The translations under genes were made by a program, and so were the position numbers. A stretch of DNA of 64,000 nt from Octopus vulgaris (taxonomy: Eukaryota), in the NCBI GenBank assembly GCA_951406725.2, contig OX597825.1, positions 32,860,001 to 32,924,000 on the forward strand, in the 5' to 3' direction. Positions 53,555-64,000 of the stretch are shown here, one piece after another. Numbering within the stretch: the stretch's first letter is position 1; every line of letters starts with the position of its first letter. The notes under the pieces were generated by a model that saw only the letters and a list, made by a program, of their open reading frames with translations, ran no database searches and had not been told where the DNA came from.

Positions 53555-54513
53555 CTTTACGTATGTCTTGTTTATAAACTTAATGCTATAAATAAAACTG
53601 AAATCGTCCAGTCATTAGTTGAGACACTGTAATACAAAAGAACAGTTTATGAAAAGTATGGAATCCGATAATGGATACAAATAGCAGTGACAGTGACTGG
53701 GATGAAGACAAAAACTTCATCAGTTAAATTGGCTGGTAATTTAATTTATCGATACTGAAGGACAGAAAGGTAAAGGTAATGTCGCAGAGATTTGAACCTC
53801 GCTGGAAACAATATCTGATGTTTATTATATTGACTCCGAAAGGATAAAAAATTGAAGTTGATCTCGGCGAGATTCGAACTCGGAACATAAAGAGCATGAA
53901 GTGATACCACAAAGTAGTTTTTTCGACGGTCAAACTCATTTTCGAGAACCGGCTGCACGAAACATGACTCATCATTGGATGGGCCGCGCTACTAAAGAAA
54001 ATTCAGGGTGATTTTTTGTTACGTGTGCCAATCAAAAAAGCTTCGCAGAGACGCAGCTTAGCACTGCCTGGTCTAATGCTCCTGCTATCTCACTGCCTTC
54101 AATGAAATAACTAAATATAGTGACAAGATTTAAATGGAGAATTGCAACGAGTTACTTTCGCTTTCGGTTTGATGTTGCTTCACTAGTTACTGTACAGCAT
54201 TTACCGCTAATCTATAGAATAAATTCACAAATAAAGGAAGGCTTCACTCTAATAACGATACCATACAACGAATTTTATTTCCTTTTCTTGTTTTTTTTTT
54301 CGCTTTTATTTTTGCTTCTGTTTCCTTTATTTAACTTTTCATAGCAGCGTCTATTCGCAAATATAGAAGCTTTTTTTTATTATTATAGTGGGGATAAAGA
54401 TATAGGCTCTACTACATTTTTTTCTGATGTTCAGATTTAGGTTACATCATGTTTGATATTCAATATCTCTATATCTATATTTATATCTGTATATATATAC
54501 ATATATATATACA

Positions 54514-54566
<53 letters not shown>

Positions 54567-54582
54567 AATATGTATATATACA

Positions 54583-54631
<49 letters not shown>

Positions 54632-54637
54632 TATACA

Positions 54638-54668
<31 letters not shown>

Positions 54669-55478
54669 CTATATATACATAATATTAACTATGAACGTCC
54701 CTTGGACTTTTGCTGTTTCTTGTTATTTTCATTTGCTTTCTCTCTCTCTCTCTCTCGCTCTCTACATACACACACGTATATATATATAGACACACATATA
54801 TACATATAGGCATACATCCATCCACACATACATACTTACATACAAACATACCTACATGCGCACATACATACATACATACACACACAAGTGCGCGTGTGCA
54901 AAAATAAAGATATTACCTATTATTAGCTACGCCGTTGTAAGCAACAAAATAAATATGAGAGCTGAGAGAGATCATAATGTGGTCGGAACTATATAATTCT
55001 GGTGTTCCATTTGATGGCAAACATAAACATTGATCACAATACCGATGCAGGCCTGTAGTTGCCAGATCGATAAAATACCAGACGACTTGATGCAAAGGGT
55101 CAAACGTTCTTATCATATCAGCGACATCTGTCCGTTACCATAACAAGCAAACATCGTCTGATAAATTGAGATGATACCAAGTAACCACCATTGTTGTTAT
55201 GCTTTATACTGTAGCTTATGATGTTGACTTTATGTTTTCTTGTTGGTGTGAAGAAATTAGACAAACTATTGCAGTGTAGTCCAGAGTACACTCTTCCTTC
55301 AACCGATAGATTTATTCATTTATTTATTTATTTTTATCATTTATTCAGACGTTGAGTCGTCGTGCCGGATTGGTACAACGGCCATTTGCCTGAACGCGCA
55401 CATTTTTATCTATGCACACGTACATATATACATGCAAAGACTTGGAAACAGATTCATGTATATATACATGTGTGCATG

Positions 55479-55543
<65 letters not shown>

Positions 55544-55647
55544 TATATACATATGTATATATATATATACACATATATACATATATATATATGTATATAC
55601 GTATGTGTATATGTATATACATATATATATATACGTATGTATATATG

Positions 55648-55693
<46 letters not shown>

Positions 55694-55902
55694 TATATAT
55701 GTATGTCTACATATATATGTATATTTGTATATATATATATTTCAAGATGGACGCCAGTACTTGTTTTCAAAGTCTGATATTTATCCTATCGGTGTATTTT
55801 TCTATAAAGCTAAGTTACAGGGATGTAAACAAACCATCACCGGTTATCAGGTGGTGATTGTACAAACAGCACAAACACATAAATACATACATACATTCTC
55901 AC

Positions 55903-55945
<43 letters not shown>

Positions 55946-55952
55946 TACTGAA

Positions 55953-56191
55953 TACCTATTTCTTTATTACCCACAAGGGGCTAAACATACAGAGGACAAA
56001 CATAGACAGACATAGGTATTAAGTCGATTATATCGACCCCAGTGCTTAACTAGTACTTAATTTATCGACCCCTAAAGGATGAAAGGCAAAGTCGACCTCG
56101 GCGGAATTTGAACTCACAACGTAACGGCAGCCGAAATACCGCTAAGAATTTCGCCCGACGTGCTAACGATTCTGCCAGCTCGCCGCCTTAT
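55953..56191 (-). mobile_element. SINE family A with 10-bp TSD
   Basis: TSD acatactgaa at 55943-55952 and 56192-56201. Confidence 0.88.
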
Positions 56192-56594
56192 ACATACTGA
56201 AAACCATGCCCTCTCCCTTTAGTTCTCTGTATTTTTTGTACTCCATGTAAATCTGTTCTGTAAATATATAAATATCTTTTGGCTCACGCATGAACGTTCG
56301 TCTTCTGGATATTTTCAGTTTTGCTTCTCTCTAAATATATCCCTATATATATTTACATGTATGCATGTATGTATATTTTATATATCAAGTCCGAGCTCGT
56401 TGATTTGTTTATTTGCATCATTATCTCCATATCAGCTCACCTGGATTCCTCTTATAACCATTCTTTACTCTGCAGACTTAGCCTCGATAACGATTTCAGA
56501 GTGTAATATATGTATGTATGTATGTGTGTGTATGTATTTATGTATGTATGTTTTTATGTATGTATGTATGTGTGTATGTATGTATGTATGTATG

Positions 56595-56625
<31 letters not shown>

Positions 56626-57178
56626 GACAAATTATAGCATGAAACAAGAAAAGTCCGAAAGACTTTGATAGCTAATGTTATTAAGTTGATGCTCAAAGGT
56701 GGAGGAAATATTATAGAGTATGCTTGTGACGCTTCGGATATAGTCTTTCGTCGGACGCTAGAGGAAAGTCCAGGAGAAGCTGTAGAGAGAAGGAAGAGAG
56801 GGAAAAAATAATAAACAAAAGGTAGTCGTGAAGAAATACACGTGGATTAGGATCACATGTTAGATTGTAGATAATCATGTCTCTATATGAACGAGTTATT
56901 TTCTTTACCCTTGAATAATCCAAGCTGATCACAAGCGAAGTGACAATCTTCTTTTGTTTCAGTCAAGATATCTCTTGGGGGTATCTGACATATATATGAG
57001 GGTGTTGGGCATAAAATTTCATTCGTGGGTTGGTGTACCATGATGTAACACATGTATGTATGTGTGTATATATATATATATATACCAATTAAGGACTGAA
57101 CACGAAAAGTGGACAGTCAACATGCTAGATATAGACGTCAAATCGCCATTCTCCACAAAAAGTTTATGTTCTCAGATC

Positions 57179-57267
<89 letters not shown>

Positions 57268-57688
57268 TGTGTACAAGCATCTGTATATGTATTACATGCA
57301 TATATGCATATATATATACACACACGTCTAATATTAAAAAGTAGACAGATAATAATAAAGAAATGTGCGTAGACAAACGTGCATACGTACTACGTCCATA
57401 TACACACAGTCAAACACACACACATACATACATACATACATAAATACATACATACATACATAAATACATACATACATACACACATACATACATACATACA
57501 TACATACATACATACATACATACATACATACATACATACATCCTGACAATAACTGGGAACTTCCACAGAAACAGTGATATTGGTAGGTTCTACCTAAGAA
57601 GAAATGAAGGTGGTATTGGCAGGCTCTACCTAAGAAGAAATGTAGATAGATAGATAGCTAGAGAGAGAGAGAGAGAGAGAGAAATAGA

Positions 57689-57719
<31 letters not shown>

Positions 57720-57725
57720 GCAGGC

Positions 57726-57820
<95 letters not shown>

Positions 57821-57959
57821 ATAGATAGATAGATAGAAAGTGTGTCATGTTTGAATATACACGAGCGTTTTAAGTATAAATCTACATAGCTTCACTTTTA
57901 ATCATCGCTGTTTATTGTGTGCGTGCGTGTGTATTAGAGAGAGAGACAGACAGACAGAC

Positions 57960-58005
<46 letters not shown>

Positions 58006-58199
58006 CAACAGACAGACAGACAGATTCTTGAGCGGTGCCCACGACTCCTTCGCCAATTGAACTTAACGCTAAATTTAACGCTACTTTAACAGAAGACCTG
58101 CAGTTAATTCCCAACACTATGTTTTTTGTGAACATAGCTCTAACTTTCCATAGTTAAATGGAAAGGTCTTTTATGTAGAAGATCGCAGTCAAAAAAACT

Positions 58200-58600
58200 A
58201 ATCCTTAATATCTGGAAAGCTATCATCTACTTCGGGTACATGGACAGATGCTGGAAAAGTTAGAATACTTAAAATATTTGGGAGATGGCCAGCTATCAGA
58301 GAAAACCGATCTTGATGAGAATAACCAATAGCGAATATAAATATTTCCAAAGTAAACTTTGATCTGCCGAGAAAATGAATCTCTGAAGCTTATGAGTCAG
58401 ACACCCAACTTGAAAGTGTATAAGTTTTAGCAAATCTTGTGCGATGGCTCTGAAAATTAGATAATTTATAAGTGTCCTGTCCTTAACCGGGAAATATACA
58501 ATCAGAAATGTTTGATGAAAAAAAAAAATATTCAATAGCTGAACAGATGAGGAAATATTGGTGTGATGTCCATTATCATTTTCGATGACCTCGCTAAATC
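58200..58600 (+). pseudogene. Heavily decayed RTE-like LINE C-terminal fragment
   Basis: HGQMLEKLEYLKYLG...TDLDE; LKVYK; CDGSEN*IIYK...NQKCLMKKKNIQ*LNR, paralleling YLG / YGSETW / QRCLRKILNIKW motifs. Confidence 0.65.
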
Positions 58601-59449
58601 TTGAGTATCTCGAACCATTGGTTGCCAATTAAGGAAAGCGCACTCGAGACAGAAATGAAAATGGCTGAAGTTGCATTGAGAGAAAATTTGAAAAAGTGTG
58701 GCTTTTCTGTGTAGAAGTGACATTTATTGGTAAATATAAGAAACAAGCGGAGAAGGATTATCTATGCTAGGGGCCAACATTGCACGAACCAAACGAAAGC
58801 GTATTTATGAAGCTGCACAAAGCCAAATCAGTTAAACTAATATGACGATCAACAGCGATTCATGTGGTGTGTGATGAGGCTTGTGGATCTCGCAACCAGA
58901 CCACGAAATGTCATGAGGGCCCATGAACGTTAAATCTGGTGATTCCAAAAAATTTCCGATAATGTCAATACCACTATGTATGTGAAGGCTTGTAGCCTAG
59001 TGGTTAGGGTCTTGTACTCACGATCGCCAGATCATTTGGTTCGATTCCCAGAGCCGGCGGCGAGTTGTGTTTCACGTTGCTCTAGTGTCCTGCGGGGACC
59101 GGCATGTCAAAGAATAGACCCAGCATTTCCCCTAAGTGTCATAAAAGGCGACTGAAAGAGACTGAGGTAGGATCTTCACTTCGAACTCGTAAAAACCTCA
59201 TCAGCAACGATTACCCAAACAGATTCATGGGTTGGAGGGTTGTTACCTGAGTGATGTAAAGGTATCATTTGCCAAGAGTAAGGAATTGCCAACAAATGGC
59301 CCACGCGGCTACTCGCTGTTACAGCGCTTCCTTCCATTCTGCAACAACTGTTTATTCATCTTTATCAAACACTCTTATATTTCATATCACGAAAACCAGT
59401 TCCAGCTTGAATCACGTCCTAATATAATATCTTGATATCCAACCAATAG

Positions 59450-60800
59450 TAAGTTTAATAAATTAGAATTTCATATTTTTATCTTGCTTGCTGCTTTAGC
59501 TATTCGTATTACAACTACAACTATTTTTATTGCCGCAAGCAGTCCCCCGGGAGTTATCAAACTATAAATTATGGCGGCCTGAATGTCTCCAGCATTGACA
59601 TTCCTGCTTGTATCTTCTGGTAGAAATTCTGCCTCTTGATACTCGTCGCAAATTTTTAATGTTAAGATATTTCCATTTTCGGTGGCGATCAATGTAATGT
59701 AGGTGGTAAACTTAGTGACTGACAGTGTCTGCAATCAATGAAGAGTAGAAGGTTATATGGAATGGTAAACAGAATCTGTAAGCCGTTTTCGATTCCAGAG
59801 TATCGTCATTTTATTTCCATTACGTTGCTAATGTTGTTAAAAAAAAAACGATGTACGTCACGACTCTCGCTGGAAATCGGAAGCTTTGTGCTTATCATTT
59901 TCTTATATTCTTTATTTCTCTTATATTTCTCTATATTTCTCTTGTTATCTATTTGAGTTTCTGCTTTCGTGCGAGATGAGTCATTTAATCTGGCATCATA
60001 CAGAGGTAGGAACATTGCCAGGTGATGTGTGTGAGCAAATTTCCAAAGCCTTCTGAATATTATCAATACAAGTTTTCCATAAAGAATTGCACATCACTTA
60101 AAAACTCATAAAAATATTTGGCATAACGCCATCCGTTAACACATCGTAATGCAGTAAGCTAATTCGTGTAAATTCCGAGACAAAGAAAGCTTCATCCAGT
60201 CAAGATGAATAGTCTTAAAATGTTATGTACACTTTTCGTCTTATCTCTGTCTTTTTTTTTTCTCCCTCTCCAAAACATTTATTTTCTTATTTTTAAATAT
60301 TATATTAGCGTCAATTCCATTCATCTCCAAATATTGACCGGTTTGATTCTGGCTACATTATTCTTGTCTTGTAGTTCTCATTTGAGAACATTAACCCATC
60401 TTTCTCAGCTCGATGTCAACTCTTGAGAAATAACAATTGAATTCTAAGGCCCTTTCAATCATCCAAGTCTCATGTGGAATGGAACTTAACCAAAATGTTT
60501 CTAATTAGGTTCGATATAATTACTATCTAATTCGCTTCTGCTTACCAAACATGGCAAAGGTATCATGGCAATTACCATTCCACTCAAATTTGTATTCTTA
60601 AACAGGTTTTTGCAATCTTTGATTTGTTTAAAATGGATATTTTGACAGATTTAGAGAGCGCAGAGTTTGGCTCGCTTAAGATTCTTTGACTTGTCTAATC
60701 TTAACAGTATTAGTCACGACGAAATGGTTTTGCTTTTAATTCCGTGAGGATTAATTTAGCTCTACGCAATTTTATTTGAATTACCATATTCATCAGCTTA
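59450..60800 (-). pseudogene. Possible decayed LRR(-FN3)-transmembrane gene
   Basis: Frame-hopping fragments: TELKAKPFRR / ILLRLDKSKN, LRSLNLSKYPF (60631-60663), HDTFAMF / ELDSNYIE (60510-60533), LESKTAYRFCL (about 59767-59798), GGLLAAIKIVVVVIRI-K. Confidence 0.3.
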
Positions 60801-61118
60801 GGATATAAGACGGCGTATGTTCAGGTAAAATAGTATTAAAAAAAATATGAATTAAAGATTCTTAGATAGCGAAAGAGAATACATCATACCACACGAATGG
60901 GCATATGGTATCTGATTGTAATCAGAATATATACAAATATATATATATATATATATATATACATACATACATGAAGGCTGCCCCCTCATACATACATGCA
61001 TGTATGTATGCATGTATATATACGGATATATATGTATGTATGCATATATGTATGTATGTGCATGTATATACGTACGTATATATATATGTGTATGTGTGTG
61101 CATGTATATATGAATATG

Positions 61119-61176
<58 letters not shown>

Positions 61177-61450
61177 CGTACACACACACATGTATCTATA
61201 AAGAAAGGGAAAGTCAGACAGTGTGTGTGTCTGTCATATTAATGTGCACGTGAGTTTGCATGTGAGTGTGTGTGTGTGTGCGTGTGTGTATGTATGTGTC
61301 TGTGTGTGTGTGGTGTATATATGTTTGTATGTGCGTACGAGCGTTAGACTAATTTATTGATTGGCAAAAAGGAAATAGGTGTACCTCAATAAACAGACGG
61401 AATTGGAGAGCTGATGAGACAAATTTACTAAGCAAAACGGAAGGGGGGAA

Positions 61451-61492
<42 letters not shown>

Positions 61493-61623
61493 AAGTGATT
61501 GAGAGAGAAGTCGTAATTATCTTTCAGCTCTCTTTCTCTTCTTTCTCCGTCTCTCTCTCTCCCTGCTCTCTCACTCTCCCTTCTCTCTCTCTCACTCTCC
61601 CTACTCTCTCTCTCTCTCTCTCG

Positions 61624-61695
<72 letters not shown>

Positions 61696-61939
61696 TTCTC
61701 AGTCTCTCCATTCCTCTGTCTATTCCCCACAGAAATATATTATTCAATATGTGATATATATGCATACATTCATACGTACACATGTGTGTATATGAGTGTG
61801 TGTGTGTATATATATATAAGTGTGTATATATATATATATATATGTGTGTGTGTCTGTGTGTGTGTATATATATATATATGTATGTATATATGTGTGTGTA
61901 TGTGCGTGTGTGTGTTTGTGTGTGTATGTAGAGAGAGAG

Positions 61940-61994
<55 letters not shown>

Positions 61995-62148
61995 GAAAGC
62001 AACTGAAAAGGCAGAGAAATATAGCTGATATGATTCTCTACTCGTATTTCCATCTCCCTCTCTCCTTCATTTTTTGTGTATATATATATGAACACACACA
62101 CACACACACAGATATATATTATATGTATGTATATACATATACATATAC

Positions 62149-62181
<33 letters not shown>

Positions 62182-62935
62182 CACATACATACTTATGTCT
62201 ACACTCATACATACTACATACATACATAGTATAATATATATTAATATATATCTATATTGATGTACTTTTTAAAAACGCAATAACAAGAATAATAATAATG
62301 CTAATAAGGAGGAGGAGGAGGAGGAGGAGGAGGAGGAGGAGGAAGATGATGGAGTATTGTTAATAATAATTCCATGTGTTAAGCAACAAATGTCACAATA
62401 ATGAAGACAATGACAAGAAGAACAAGGCGATATTAAAGGAAATGGAAAATGAGGTACAGGTGATAATTGGTTAAAGAAAGATCACAGTGTGTAGCTAGGG
62501 ATTACCTTCAGATCAGCTGAAATTCAATCGATAATTTTGTCGCTTGGCAACCAGAAGAGAGTGTGTGTTTTTCAGACTAACACAATCCTGTTCATTCATT
62601 CATTGACGAACGGCAACATAGAAATGAACAGAGAGAGAGAGAGAGAGACTCGCGCTTAGATGCTCGAATGCACAAACATAGGGCACGCGCAGACGCGTAC
62701 GCACACGCACGCACACGCATGGAAACGAACACGGAGACATACGCTGGACACTTATAAACACTCACGTACACATACATACACGCACACACACTTATACACA
62801 TGCCCGCGCAAACATATGTACGTATACATTCATTTCTGCCTATTTTTGTTTACACAACTATATATATATATATATATATAGATGTAGGTCCCGGGTTGAG
62901 TCGGGGTTAACCACAGTAAATAAGGTACTCAATAC

Positions 62936-62982
62936 CTTCCTGATGATTTCATTTGAATGAAACAGTTCTAGTCCTGTAGAAG
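62936..62982 (+). ncRNA. Type I hammerhead ribozyme motif, canonical core, GUA site after 62978
   Basis: cttc-CTGATGA-t-ttc-attt-gaa-t-GAAA-cag-ttctagtc-ctg-TA-gaag; all three stems pair. Lies in a 120-bp insert between two (TA)n tracts. Confidence 0.75.
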
Positions 62983-62995
62983 CTCCTTCTATAAA

Positions 62996-63030
<35 letters not shown>

Positions 63031-63033
<3 letters not shown>

Positions 63034-63238
63034 TCTTTTACTCTTTTACTTGTTTCAGTCATTTGACTGCGGCCATGCTGGAGCACCGCCTTTAGTCGAG
63101 CAAATCGACCCCGGGACTTATTCTTTGTAAGCCCAGTACTTATTCTATCGGTCTCTTTTTCCGAACTGCTAAGTGACGGGGACTTAAACACACCAGCATC
63201 GGTTGTCAAGCAATGCTAGGAGGACAAACACACACACA

Positions 63239-63290
<52 letters not shown>

Positions 63291-63450
63291 TATACATATA
63301 TATACATATATACGACAGGCTTCATTCAGTTTCCGTCTACCAAATCCACTCACAAGGCATTGGTCGGCCCGGGGCTATTGCAGAAGACACTTGGCCAAGA
63401 TGCCACGCAGTGGGACTGAACCCGGAACCATGTGGTTGGTTAGCAAGCTA
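63031..63450 (-). mobile_element. Full-length, young-looking SINE B (head, (TG)n, C tail with gtaaaaga repeats)
   Basis: Tail 63031-63230, head 63312-63450. Confidence 0.88.
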
Positions 63451-63562
63451 TATATATATACATACATACATACATACATACACACATACATACATACATA
63501 CATACATACATACATACATACATACATACATACATACATACATACATACATACATACATACA

Positions 63563-63596
<34 letters not shown>

Positions 63597-63691
63597 CATT
63601 CATACATACATACATACATACATACATACATACATACATACATACATACATACATACATACATACATACATACATACATACATACACATAG

Positions 63692-64000
63692 ACAAGGTGC
63701 GGAGAATATATTGACGTCTAAATAACGTAAAACTGAAAAAAATAACAGATATATTTACCAAATTTACGTTAAAATCTTTAAAGAGTAAAATTTATTCAGT
63801 AAAATCGCCATTGGCTTCAACCAGGACCTCCAGACGATTTCAGAATCTCCTGCAACTCTACTGGACGGTTTTCTTGTTTAAGTTGGTGAATGTTGTCATA
63901 ATCCTTGCCTTCAGTTCATCTTTGGTGTTGCAAGGAGTTTTGTTGGTCTCTCGCTCAGCTGCTCCCCACACATAATAATTAAGGGGGTTGCAGTGTGGGG
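63692..64000 (-). mobile_element. Tc1/mariner-superfamily transposon 3' end (pseudogenised transposase 63792-63998)
   Basis: PHCNPLNYYVWGAAERETNKTPCNTKDELKARI...VQ*SCRRF*NRLEVLVEANGDFTE*, matching the SPDLNPLDY..W and RLEAVVEANG C-terminus; TIR-like acaaggtgcgg at 63692. Confidence 0.85.

Noticed and set aside
57574-57645. 36-bp direct repeat resembling a CRISPR repeat
   Set aside because: Only two adjacent copies, no spacers, no cas genes, eukaryotic context; simple tandem duplication.
62539-62551. RFX X-box-like gtcgcttggcaac near a CpG-rich patch
   Set aside because: Single short motif with no associated gene evidence.

Overview
Eukaryotic, AT-rich, microsatellite-saturated DNA ((TA)n, (TACA)n, (AGAT)n, (CA)n, triplets). 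The repeat families resemble those I recall from octopod cephalopod genomes (inference, not searched). No intact protein-coding gene can be supported, and almost all ORFs in the track are translated microsatellites. Recognisable content: three or more tRNA-headed SINE families (several with exact target-site duplications), decayed LINEs (two RTE-like, one CR1/L2-like end), a Penelope-like GIY-YIG endonuclease relic, a Tc1/mariner transposase 3' end, and Tigger- and hAT-type MITEs. There is also one candidate signal-peptide first exon (12544-12838, minus) and a possible decayed LRR/TM gene (about 59.45-60.8 kb, minus). The main signal is about 20 type I hammerhead-ribozyme (HHR)-like motifs, folded by eye. 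They sit in short Penelope-terminal-repeat-like modules inserted at (TA)n tracts, often as fold-back structures. They include near-canonical cores, U3-A8 and G3-C8 compensatory variants of the 3-8 tertiary pair, family-wide A6U and U4C variants, and a tRNA-headed element carrying an HHR. All RNA structures are hand-parsed and need covariance-model and biochemical confirmation.
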